From: Perkinsus chesapeaki ATCC PRA-425
Lineage: Eukaryota > Protista > Perkinsozoa
DNA length: 64,000 nucleotides
Reading direction: 5' to 3'
NCBI GenBank assembly: GCA_013115145.1
Contig: JAAPAO010000134.1
Span: 1 to 64,000, forward strand
Shown here: piece by piece, positions 40,554 to 52,800 of the stretch
Numbering within the stretch: position 1 is the stretch's first letter
Layout of the letters: every line of letters starts with the position of its first letter
The notes under the pieces: generated by a model
The model's database searches: none
Told to the model about the DNA's origin: nothing
What the model saw: the letters and a program-made list of their open reading frames with translations, nothing else
Made by a program: the position numbers and the translations under genes

Positions 40554-41225
40554 CTAAGTCTTACCTGGTTCCGTAATTGCGGTGGAGTTGTATTTCCCGT
40601 AGAAATGTACTCGAGCTTTATAATACTTCGCAGCATCTTCATCACTATTGTCGATTTGCAAGTACACTGCTATAGTGTTCGGACATTTCTGTCGTATCTT
40701 ACAAATAAACTCATATAACGATGTAGTCAATTGCATATATAATAATACATCATTCAGTGCTTGCGGGAACATTCCAGATGATTCTAGATGCTACTCTTTT
40801 ATTTCGCCAATCAGGACGTACCCAAACGTCCCCTATGTAAATGTCGATCTCATCGTCTTTCTTCTCGGGACTATAGATAAGACGCTTTTCCCATGGAATA
40901 GATAACCCTTACGTACAGCGCATCCAAAACGGCCCGCCGAGTACGACTCTCCTTGTACCACATCACATACCCGACCGTATCCTGACATGGATCGCTAATG
41001 CCACTACGATGCACTGCTGGAGATTTTCTTCTTCTCTGTATATCGCTCTTTCCCCTCTACAGCGGTCTCTCGCCCCATGTTCACGCCAAAGCGATGCTCT
41101 GTATTCAAGATCATCAGCAGTTAGATTGGTTGATGGTTTGGGTTGATCGGTTGTTCGGCTGATTTTATCAACAATTGGTAAGTGATGTTGATAAGACAGA
41201 TAATGAGGACGATAAAAGTTTTCAT
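40554..41225 (-). pseudogene. Signal-peptide GNAT acetyltransferase copy 3 (10-bp duplication shifts the frame)
   Basis: MKTFIVLIICLINITYQ..., VWVRPDWRNKRVASR / MFPQALND, IRQKCPNTIAVYL. Tandem ATTCCAGATG/ATTCTAGATG at 40771-40790. Confidence 0.65.
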
Positions 41226-41659
41226 TAATAATAATAGAGTGAGAACTACGGTACTATGTATGTACTATTATAAAGTACTAGTAGTGAATCCCTACTCTCT
41301 ACCCACCTCACTGGTTCGTCTGATCAAGAAAGTAAACCACAATCTGAATCTGACATAACATCTGCGATACTCCTCTGTAGGGCTGTCCTCTCAATCACAG
41401 TCCTTTCGCTTACAATCACCGAGGTGCCATGTCATCTGCAGACTGCGTATCATTCCCCTTGGATAGCACTGGTTAAATGCTCATCTCAGATGGAGAGCTC
41501 TCCTAGACGAGGTCCCGCAATCAGTTCTTTCAGAACAACCTGCAACTATATGGGGAAATGTGGAGCTAGCAACCTCGGCCCGGAATCACCAATAGTATCC
41601 CAGAGCGCAACAAATTCCGAACAATAACATATTGCACAAGCAGATGAGTGTAGTCCATA

Positions 41660-42457
41660 TCAGAGGACTGAACAGTGTAGAATGGCTGTGACTAGGCAAC
41701 GTCGGGGCTGGAAAAGCTGAGAAGATACAGGTTGTATTGGGACGCTCGTGAGGAAGGGACCCAGTAGAAGATCTAGAGGAGAAGGAATACGCTTGAGATT
41801 ACTCGGGTCGATTCCCACGATCCTGAAACCGTTATTCTGATAGAGACGAGCGGCAGCCTCGGCGAACTCATCATTTATAGGGGCCTTCAAGTACACTGCT
41901 ATTGCTTGCGGCCATTTCTGTCGTATCTTTCACGAGCAGTTCAATGGCTACATCATGATCACATACAGCTTTTAGTGCTTTTGCAAACATCCTAGATGCT
42001 ACTCTTTTGTTCCGCCAGCCGTCATCTACCTCTACCCAAGATATGTACACAACATCCTCACTTCTCGACTGTCCAGGACTGAAAAGGGACGCATACTCTT
42101 GCTACATGCAAGTTGCGTAAAATGCCCTTACAGTTCCCTCAGTATGTCCTCAGGGGCACTTTGGGCCAATTTCGAATATATGATCCCTTTTACATTCTGA
42201 AAAGTAAAAACCTCTCAGAAAGGAAAACACAGGAGCGGTTTTACTTTCGGCACTTTCTCCCAGGCAGCGACAGCAACGAAGCAGAGAGTATCTTTCCATG
42301 GACAACGGAATGAACCGTCCTCCGCACGGAGAATCCGGTATTCAAGGTCCTCGGGATTTCGCTCGGTTAACAGCTTGGATTGCTCCGATGATTTTGTGGA
42401 TATTTGATAAGTGATACTGATAAGACTCACAATGAGATGCAGATGGGATGTCCTCAG
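41660..42457 (-). CDS. Signal-peptide GNAT acetyltransferase copy 4 (start codon position reads CTG)
   Basis: VEVDDGWRNKRVASRMFAKALKA|IRQKWPQAIAVYL...ARLYQNNGF. ATTACTGAGG aligns to ATTAATGAGA of copy 1. Confidence 0.65.
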
Positions 42458-42798
42458 TAATAACAAGAGAGTGAAAACTGTTAAGAAGGCGTATTCGGGT
42501 TTTGGGAAACCCGAAACCCTCGATTAAGGTCCATCTCCGGATAAGGTCCGTGTTTTTTGCGCGCTTTGAGGGCTTTAGTAGACTAACTTTCAGGAGATCT
42601 ATCAGTCTCTAACTACTAGCTAGGATCCCTTAGCACTAGCTCCACCATTTATCGGTGAACCATAGTATGTTTACCCCTCAGCGACAATCAAAGTATAGGT
42701 ATCGATCCCTCTCGGAAGTTGCACAGGGATGGTCTAAGTTAATTTGGGCATCGGACAGTCCAGAGTCCATAGTTCAATTTGGACTATGAACTCACACG

Positions 42799-42863
42799 CA
42801 CCAGATATCCATAATACACCGTGTGTATAAATTATACACACGGTGTATTATGGATATCTGGTG
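42799..42863. repeat. Perfect 65-bp palindrome (32-bp arms, 1-nt centre)
   Basis: CACCAGATATCCATAATACACCGTGTGTATAA-A-TTATACACACGGTGTATTATGGATATCTGGTG. Confidence 0.98.
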
Positions 42864-43676
42864 TGTATTGTGGATATTATACAGTATAATGAAGAATATC
42901 CTTTGTTTGCCACACATAGGAGCTCCTCATGGTTGAATTGCCAATGGCAATTTGCCATCTTCTCAATTTCGCAAAGCCACTCGTTCAAATTCGAGGTACC
43001 ACCGCCTTGCAACTATTCATTGACATGGCACCGACTTTATCTACTATTCCCTTCACCTGAGGAGACGGCCTGTGTCAGACGGGGCCAAGTATGCTCGAAT
43101 TGAATGAATTTCCTAGGCGGGCGCTTGACTGAAGGCTCGAGCGCGAACGGCATCCTCCTTCTGTTCAAGGTCAGTGTTTGTACTTACATTGACCTACGAT
43201 ACCTGAGTTTTTCCTAAAGCACCGACAGGCCGAGGAACGTTACTATTCAGCCGCAGAATTGGAAGTAAAATTTATTCGTTGTTATTGTTTCAAAAATGAT
43301 GAGCATTTTTCGCGATAAGACGACAGGTGAAGAGTATTTTCAAAACAGTTGTAGCCCTTCGACGCGTCGGGGAGATCCAGGTCGGCATTCGATCTATGAG
43401 ACTGTCTTCTTTATTATAAGAAGTGTTTCTTCATCTTTGACTACTCTCCTTCACGTTTACATATCTTCTACATCCTTGGTGAATGTACTATTGAGATCGC
43501 ACCAACACGACTACGTGCTGTAGCCTGCCATTCGGAAACCGTACGTCTTTTGTTATCTTATTATTTACTGCTAATTATCGCTACCAGTTACTTATTATTG
43601 AGATTATCGTAACCCGTCCTATATTGTCAAGTACTTCATATAATTCAAATCTCATCAGCACTAGTTTCAGGCTCTA

Positions 43677-43698
43677 CTGGCAGACTGCCAGTGGCAGT
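43677..43698. repeat. 22-bp 7/8rc/7 footprint (CTGGCAGT)
   Basis: CTGGCAG-ACTGCCAG-TGGCAGT. Confidence 0.9.
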
Positions 43699-44003
43699 GA
43701 AGTATCAATCTCGGCGCTTGCATAATTATCTCATCAATTTCACACTGGCACTCCTCGGATATCTTGCGCGTCTGCATCTTAACCTTTCGCGTATATCTTA
43801 CGTTATATTACTGTCCATAACTCAATACATGAATCCAACTTTGGAAACCCTTTGATCTTTGACCTCCGACCACTGTAGGTTGACAAATAATACACACAGA
43901 CTGCACGGGAATGCACTTCCCTTGACCGACTGCGAGCAGCAGTACTATACAGGACACAGCAAGATCAGCGAAAATAGAAAATAACACTACCAAAATCTAT
44001 AAT

Positions 44004-44072
44004 AGTACCATCACGAGGATTCGAACCCACGACCTCCAGGTTCTCATCCGCGACTACAACTGAACTACCCTA
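44004..44072 (-). pseudogene. tRNA-derived relic with A and B boxes
   Basis: TAGTTCAGTTGTAG ... GAGGTCGTGGGTTCGAATCC. The anticodon arm is shortened or degenerate. Confidence 0.55.
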
Positions 44073-44799
44073 TATAGAGGGAATAAAAAACGACTCGCCC
44101 TATGAGGGCACATCTTCTATTCGGCAGTGAAAGATTTCCAGCAAGCTGTCTCACTTAAGACCAGAAATGACTATAAACAGAAAATAGACTATCTTTAGAC
44201 GAGCGCAGCTCGCCCTGTGACCGACGATCGATGATGAGCTTGTCTTCCCAAACGATATTATCAGTATCGATTGGATAGACCATAAAAAGGGTAACAGTTA
44301 GTCCAGTACTGTAATTCAAATTACAGAAGGTGACTCTAAGAAGCACAACGAACTTCGCTATCAGCCGATGTACCTAATAAAAGAATAACTGATTTCGAAC
44401 AAACCGGTTCGACAATTTCCGGGCGAGTGACGAATCAGTGATAAACATCACTGACAGGAATACTAAGAGCTATAAGATAATTTCGCCAGCCGAATGAGAC
44501 AAAATATTCCTCCCTGTCCGGCTCGCTCCCCTTCCAAGGCGGCTGCTGGCGTATGAACTATTCTTATACACGGGAGAACGCGGGATAGGACAACAAGAGG
44601 ATGTGTTTGTTATAACACAATTTTATACAGTCCGGTCAAATTATACGGAAAAACGCATTCTGATAGAATGCTATTTTATTTCCATGTTCGACCGATAGCG
44701 CATTTTGATCGTCGCTAGACAATGCTACGATATGTAACTACCAGCTACGGCAAAATCCATATATATACCCATGAGTCGTAAACGTATCTTCGACCTTTC

Positions 44800-46793
44800 T
44801 TACTTGCATCACTTTCCCCCCGCTCTCTAACTATTGTGCTCCTTCTCCCAATGACTCTAGGTACCGCAGTTGATCTCTTAATCATCAGTGCTCGAGCTTC
44901 TTCTGGGCACATAACGTATGTCTTATGGGACTGCTCAGATACAATTCTGGGAAGAACCGAGTAAAGCTTAGACAGCTGTCTACATAAATCGTCTACGGTT
45001 GGAACCTAAACGTATCTTACCAGCTTCAACCTAAGATACCTCTTGCACTACCGATTTCATTTTCACGCATTTTACATAGCTCCTAGGGACCACCTTAGAC
45101 AGCAGTCGAGCAGGATTCAAATCACAACGGCTGTTCCCGGTTAGTACCTACCAACGCCGTTGAATCGGAAAACAGTGAATAAAACCCATCTCGGAACCAT
45201 TAGCGATTTACGTTATAGCTCCTCATTCCACTACCGCCCACTTTCTAGCCTCAACTGTCGTGAGTTTAAGAGCCCTCGATCACTTACCCTGCGATATTAA
45301 GGTTAGTTAACAAACACACCAATAGTAGCCGGTAGAGATCAAATTCATTGGGAACGAAGTTAGCAGATAAAAATATGATTAATAATAAATGAATAACTTT
45401 AGTTGATAATTGACACGGAAGAAACTACAAATGTAGACAGCCTTCTACTGGAACTTCTCCAAAGTATTTCCACTCGCCTATTCAGCAATAGTCCAGATAT
45501 CAATAGCGACTATAGTATATATGAACAGTATGAAAACATCAATAAATTACTATATAGTAATATGATACAGATAATCAATCTGATATATATATGGTAATCT
45601 GGATATCAATCTGGCAGTCTGATACATAATATATGTATCAATAAATAGTATGAATATAGTGTAACTCATGCCTATAGTTTATTTATTAATTACCGATATT
45701 TATTAACTTGTAGTACAAACTATATTATTACACAGATAGTGATATTAGGATACTAAAATCAAATATACAATACTTAATAAGTATTGTCTCAAGATTCCTC
45801 CTAGTCCCAGGTTTGCTCCCCTCCCCAACAGTCCGGAACAATGTTTGCCATATATATTATTACCAAGCTGACCGTATGCATCTCGTCGCTTTTCCTATGC
45901 TTCACGGCCATCTGCACCATAGAGCGTGCTTTACTAGCTAATCCTGTAGTACTCTTAACCTCTACTTTAGGATTAGTACCGTCAATCAATGATAATATAC
46001 CAGGAGACGATCTGAAGGGAGAATTCAAATAAACCCGTAGATGCTCTTACAGGCCAATCGGCATGTAAGATTGGCCAGAGTGGAAGCAGCGACTAAGTCG
46101 GTAGCTCACGAAAATCGCCTGCGAATCAACCGATAGAAGATAATGCCGTTTCTTGTCGCTGCGTATTAAAACGGGCGTCAACGGTGCGCATATTTCCGAT
46201 TTTCGCGACGGTCACTGCCTTTCCCCTGGTACCTTTTAGCACACTTGAAGACCCAAGCTGGATGAGCCGCTGTTACTATATAAATTTTATTGTCCAAACT
46301 CATGGCAATAGCTTCACGGAGGAGCTTTTCGGTGATATCCAAACAGGACCTGGGCGGAAACAAGAGTATTATTGATGGAGATGTAATAGATACTAATAAT
46401 CATATAAAAGATAACGTATAGATTCATAATTAAAAATTAGAAATAAAGAATTCAAGCTGTAATATATCGCGTTGCCTTCCCTTTAGTTTTTTTGCATTTA
46501 CAGCAAATATATTATTCAGTTTAATCTATAACATTCCTACTCATTTTCACTGATGAAAACCCTTATTTCTCTCCCTTGTCTATATCCGCCCATTTCTATT
46601 ACTTCAAAGCTTCCTCGTCGTAGCCATCAACATTGCGAGTTTGTTCAATAAAGGCACTAGTGGGAAATAAAGTGTCATCCCAATCAAATATAAACAGGGA
46701 CCGATCACTTCGTATAGGGGGTTCACTGAGCCCCTCTTCACTAGTGCTTTCATCGCTGCTTGTAGTCGTACGACCGACTTCCGCAGCTGACAT
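44800..46793 (-). CDS. HAD-like hydrolase (DWDDTL family), multi-exon
   Basis: LFIFDWDDTLFPT (DxD), IYIVTAAHPAWV and a late exon PTVDDLCRQLSKLYSVLPRIV. The 3' end is approximate. Confidence 0.65.
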
Positions 46794-46887
46794 AGTGTAA
46801 CTAATAGGAGCCTGTCTGGGGTATCGTGTTTGATTACGACGAGCACTTATTACACCGCTGCAGGTGGAATAAATGCTTCCTAAAATG

Positions 46888-46984
46888 TCGCTTCTGGGAT
46901 TCGAACCCGCGTCTTTGCCACCAGTGTCATATGCACATGCGTGCTACGACAATTGCGCAGTCGTTCGGCTACTGTGGGAAGCGA
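46888..46984 (-). other. tRNA-like structured element (B-box, 7-bp terminal stem)
   Basis: TCGCTTC...GCGGGTTCGAATCCCA-GAAGCGA. The interior is longer than a tRNA and has no clear anticodon arm. Confidence 0.4.
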
Positions 46985-48908
46985 TACTGCTTATTGATGA
47001 TTTACGATCCTATCGAACCTCGGGTTGAACGATTATACTGATCAGTGATACGTTCAGATGTATCATCCACGGGAGGGGCAGAAGTTTTGCCGCAAAACGC
47101 ACTTGCACTCCGCAAAAACCACCGCGCTAGGCTACGAACAACTAATGTCAAACGACCGCAACTGTTTTATCGGGCTGGGGTGACAAGTTGCTAAGTGTAG
47201 GACTAGGAGCTCAGATGCGTTATCTCAACCGGAGGGACCGTGAGGAATACTTAGCTTACACTGCAGACAGTAGTGATAACCCAGAATGCACCAATGTCTG
47301 GCAATCATGAGCCGCCCGCATAGCTATAGGTTTTATACCGCGCATGCATACAGTCGTAGAATCCTACAACAACCGCATGAAACAGGTACACTCTGTGAAA
47401 GTAGCTCTATATGGCCGTACTGGGACGAACAATACCACAAGACAGGTGGCGCAGAAAGATTACTTTGATAAGAAACTACTCACTTTAGAAATTACTGTTA
47501 ATTACAGCGCGCCACATTAAGCAAATAATACAGGAACGAAGCAACTAAAAGTTGTAGTTGTTATGTAACTGATATATCAGTCAATCCCCAAAAATTGCAC
47601 TCGTGACAGTGTTACCAGTGAGGAACAGTTGTGCGCCGCGCGCAGTGTACATGGGAAACACAATGCTCCTGAGGCATTGTGACGAGGGGACCTTCACGCA
47701 CCTGTTCTGTATCAACCGAAAGAATAATATGACGGCACTAATCGTTGAATGATAATTTGCCTCTATGCAATTTAAGAGTCAGGGCTAAAGGTGTGGTACC
47801 GGCCCTGGTCTGTCTACCTACACCTTTGCTCATGATCATAGCCAAGGCCCGCGTTATCCGTCCCTTTTAACTTGATGCGAGGAGGGAGCAGTGCTTTTCG
47901 CAACTAGTGCCCGTATCACAATAGAACCTTCGGAAAAAGAAGTTGCCAATCAACTCCTTTGCCCACTAGAACCGTGGCTAACGACACATCCAGCAATGAG
48001 GAAGGGACAGAAGTGCTCCTCCTCAGGAGTCTGCTCCTATGCTGTCATGTACTGGGACTCCCAGCCTAGGAGCATTTCCACTATGGAATGGGAAGTTCGA
48101 GCGCTCTTTCCGACGAACAACCTAGTACTTCTACATTGTAGTATCACTCTCACTGGAAAATCCCGTGGTATTATCCGATAATTGGAGTCCGATCCTCCCG
48201 ACGGTGGCCGCGGATATCAGGGGCATCTTCAGAATATTTTTCTGTCCCATGAGAGGATTTCGTATCACTCCGGATTGCAAGTCGAAATCCGAAATTCATC
48301 GTCTAGCTCAGGTGTTCTGGCGCGACCGTTGCGTGAGAGATGATTCTTCAAACCTGTGGTGCGCGAGAAAATGAACTTGTGATCGAAGTCGGATGATACA
48401 GGTTGAGAAAACAAGGCGGACAAGTGAGACAAGCAAACAGCTTCGGATTCGACTTGAAGTCGCTGCTGTAAAGTGTTGACCCTGGTGTGTGAGAGCGTAT
48501 TGCTTGTCTTCATGGATAAAAAGGCCTGTCATGTCTGGCTCAAGTACCGAGTCTAGGTTATGAAAACCCATCACCGTTAGTAACTCTTGACTTACGAGAC
48601 CCGAAAAGGCGGCGGATCAGTCAGACAGTTGAGCAGAAGCGTGGCTCCGTGACGGAGTCCCCGTCACGTCACGTCACGTCACCAGTGGATTGAAGGTCAT
48701 GAAGTTTGATAGGAAACTGTCGACCAGAAAGGAGCCAATAGCTTAACGTAGCCCTGGTGGAGTGAATCACTTCAAGTGATGTAGGGTGATACAGACTCGA
48801 AGGCTTCTCGCTACTTCTCGTACATGTAGCAGGCAGACCGTCCGGTTAGTTGCTCAGAATATGTTTCACAATGATACTTGTCAGTGTAGTTCTTACACCA
48901 GTCTTCCA

Positions 48909-49082
48909 ATGATGATCAAATATATAATTTTTGCTGCTTACACCGTCTTGACCCTCGGCGAGACCGTGCAGGATGTACCATTCCATTTGAGAGGCCTCGG
49001 CGGCTTCGCCTGCCTAAGTTGTAGAGATACCTGTGAGTGCAGAGATATCCCCCCCATTTCATGCCGTTGCCCGAAGCTTTAA
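48909..49082 (+). CDS. 57-aa secreted cysteine-rich peptide
   Basis: Single exon MMIKYIIFAAYTVLTLG-ETVQDVPFHLRG-LGGFACLSCRDTCECRDIPPISCRCPKL*: hydrophobic leader and 6 Cys. Confidence 0.6.
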   Translation: MMIKYIIFAAYTVLTLGETVQDVPFHLRGLGGFACLSCRDTCECRDIPPISCRCPKL

Positions 49083-49438
49083 AGCCTAGGGTGTTGCCTG
49101 TATAGGCCATCATTTAGAACATCTTATCCCGGGAACAGCATCTCTCGGAACTTTAGATAACCGGACTGGTCGAACCGGTCGTATTCGGTTTTTATTTTAT
49201 TCCGTTTGTTTGTTGCGTTGTAACTTATAAGGTACTTTACAACTTGTAATGGAGAGAGAAGTAACCTCAAACACTCCTCTAGAAAAGCAGGGATAGATTA
49301 AAGAAAGGTTTCCTCCATTAAGGCTACTCTCGCATTGATGAAGTGATGCATAAAGAACCCACCTGGAGCACGATACGTACTATACGAATAAAACAGTTGC
49401 ATGCTTGAAAGTTTGTGCGTCAAAGGGATGAACTAATA

Positions 49439-49460
49439 CACTCCAGTGGAGTGACTCCAC
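49439..49460. repeat. 22-bp 7/8rc/7 footprint (CACTCCAC)
   Basis: CACTCCA-GTGGAGTG-ACTCCAC. Confidence 0.9.
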
Positions 49461-49879
49461 ACATGCTGCAAGATGATCGGTTCTTATTTCCATCTTCCGG
49501 TGAAGTACGCTACATGTGTGTGAAATTGCGCCATATCACATTGTGGTATACGTGTGGTGTTGAAGCTCAACGGTCGAACCAAGAGTGTCTCGATGTGGAG
49601 ACACTTACAAGGGCTACGTAAGTTGAACACGGAGGGGCTGGAGCAGCGGTTGGGGGCCCGACCTCCGAGCCCGAGGCAATAATAGGGCGTCTATAGGCGG
49701 TGGCACCGCCGCTTTGCCTACAAAGGTTCGTACGAGTCACGGCTAGGTCACTTTATCACCCAGGCTCCTCGCAAAACGAGAAACTCATATTTCCCGAACA
49801 AACTCGATACGACAAGAACAACGAAACAGGGTAATCATGCAAGTGCACTGGTTCGCTTTGATCGCTTCCTCTCCGACAC

Positions 49880-52800
49880 CTGATGCTTACCCGACTGCTA
49901 GTGACGAAACGTCAGTTACTACATCCAATGTAGTATCGATATCTCTGAGTTCTTGAAATGCTGGTATCAATAACTGAGGGTTTGTTTCGGCTAGTTTGGT
50001 GAAGTTCTCCAGTGATATTTTAGCCCCGGGGGTGAGTTTAATTTCTGTATACAACACCTCAGCCCTGCGTTCCAGCCAGGCTTCCGATACATCACCTACA
50101 AGAAGAGCGTATCATCGTAGACAGCATAGTTCAACTTCATTGTCCTGAGTCATCTTCTTAGTCCCACCTGGGGAATTCGCTCTTAGTATTTTCAATAACT
50201 CCGGTTTATCAATAAAACCACTATTATCTTCATCGAACATCATGAAAGCGAATCTAAGCTTGTCCTTTGGAGGAGCGTCTGTATATGTTGATAGACCAAC
50301 TGAGAATAGGCGGAACCATGCTCACTGATTCGGTGACACTGAGGGACATTCAACTTTTCGGTGAGCGTTTGAAAAAATGCAAGTAATTTCGGGTAAAGTG
50401 CTTACGTTCGCCCTATAAGAAGACAACGGGGAACTGATCGATGCTGTTCTAGTTAATGTGTCACTTTTGCTAACCACTCCGCAAGTGGCATTTTGCATTT
50501 CATCATAGTTCGAATTATTTTAATACCCAAAATGCACTTTCCTCGAGTAAATCGCCAAACTGAAGTAAATGATTTACTGTAAATCGTCACAATACAGAGT
50601 TAGTGACCTTCCTTGGGAATTGACACCAGTGCATGGGCTTAAGTTAAGCCCAGATCTGTTAAACAGAGCTTAATCTTCTACCACCCCTGCTTCCTCGCTT
50701 TTTTGCTCGAGCGAAGTCGAATAAAAATTTAGGGACAACTTGTCATCAATGAGAATATCTTAACCCCTATCCCTTAACTTACGAAGATATACTAAAATCT
50801 TTAGGGTCCTCTTTGAGCTGCGTTACAACCACATTAGATTTTTGAGCTACTCATTACCCACGGAACTAACCTATAAACTCCTTAACGTCAATTTCTCCAG
50901 AGCCATCCGAATCGAATAGAGCAAATAGCCTTCTTAACATGGGAGTGTCTTCTTTGAGCAGCACCTGATACCCATGCTGTATGCGCACCGATAAATCGAA
51001 CATTTAATGCTTAGTGTGTTCAACCCGTATAGGCTACAGTCGAGCTAATATTCCAGCTATTCTCTAGCTAGTATCACCAAGTTGGTGATCTGCGTTGGTG
51101 ACACGAACGTTAGCAAGGCCGCCTTAGTAAGGCGGTCTTAATTCTTCGGAAGAATTTCTTCCGTAATGCGGAAGAAATCCAAGGGAAGTTCGCGGGATCG
51201 CATGGATTTCGTGAATCTCGCGGTGTACATGATGTTCTCTTGGTCAACTCGTTTTCGTAGTGAGAAATTCTTACCAACTTTCCGTGTTGAATTGTTCAAT
51301 TCTCTCAAGTTTACCTTTCTGAATTCCTCATAGTCGATCATTCCGGAACCATCCGTATCAATTTCTTGAAACTTATGGAATATCTTTTTTATTTGCGATG
51401 GCTTGATACTCGATCCAGCTTCGGTCTCAGAAAATGCAGTAAGAATCTCACGTCGAGAGTCTCTCGTTAGACCTCCCACAAAACGCGCTGAAGGAAAGAA
51501 TTATCGAACTGGTTGAATGATCCTGCAAACAAACCCATCTCGAGTGGGTCTTGTTTATTCAGGAAAATATTCCAAGTTAACAAAGGTTAATAGATAGTGC
51601 GAAATTCAACCCTACCTTCCTTTATTTTCGTATTCTTATTTTCTATCGCCTTTTCGAACTGCGCTTCATATTCGGGGTCATAGGCGTATCTATGGTGGTT
51701 TCGCCGTGGCCCACGGCCCGTGGCGCTGGAACTCAATTATAGTATTTCCTCCTACGTCGTGTGATAGTCCCATAGGCTCATTTTCTGTTTGGTTCGCTCT
51801 TCCAGTTCCACATTACGGAAAAGCAGCGGTGGGCTCAAGAACAGTTCGGCGAATTCTCTGTAACTGATGTGTTACAGTTGAGATGATATATCTCTCCAAC
51901 AGATGTAATTTGCATCCCTTGAAGTGCCAAATCAGTGATCCACATCATTTATTCACACTGTATCGCTTCAGACTCGGCAAAGCATTCGGCAACGGGAAAA
52001 ACAGGGAAAATCTTACTCCGAATAGCACTTGATGTTGTTCTTCAAAATAGTTATTTTGACTATAAGATTTATAGAAAAGCATAATTCTAGAATCCATATC
52101 TGGCACAAATTAGGTCCCACCAAAACCTGCCCTGATTTTCCTCCACGTCGACAGAGGATAGGCTAGCTAGCAGTGCCTACTCGGCACGTGACAAGTCGGA
52201 GGAAACGAAAAGTTCAGTGCATATCGAGTGCAGAGAGGCTCTCTGATGCTCCGAGCACTATGTCAGACTCTAGGATAGCTAAGTTGCTTAGCCTGAGTGG
52301 TGCAGACTTACTTGACACAACCATTTCCATCATGGTCGACCATTCGTATCATCTCTTTTATTTCTTCATCAGTTGCAGACTCGCCAGATAATGCTAGCAC
52401 CTGCCGTATCTGAAGGCATTCACTTAACACGCAATAGCTGAGGATGTAGTGTGGGTTCACAAACATGTCGTATCCTGAAAATGAATAAGAAAAATAATGT
52501 CCAATCACGTCATCAAACATGTTGTATAGAGTGGATTACCCACCGGGGACGTGCTCACTAGGCGCAGATCGCGTCACTCAATGCACCTAGTGTGTAGAAG
52601 AATAGCCATTGTTATACAGTGTCAACCATTCAGACAGGTCGAGTTTCGAGAAACTTTTATCGAGCCGACAGTGTCCACTCTAATGAGTAGTAGTCTTGAG
52701 AATACTTCTTATTTCTCTACTGCAACGCACTTAGCTGCTTACATCAGACTCATCCAAGGAGCCATTCCCATCAGAATCAATACTCTTGAATGCCTCTGCG

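Noticed and set aside
48528-48545. TCTGGCTCAAG resembling the 3' end of the perkinsid/dinoflagellate spliced leader
   Set aside because: Only a partial match; the CCGTAGCCAT part is absent.
48661-48683. (GTCAC)4 run
   Set aside because: Ordinary short microsatellite.
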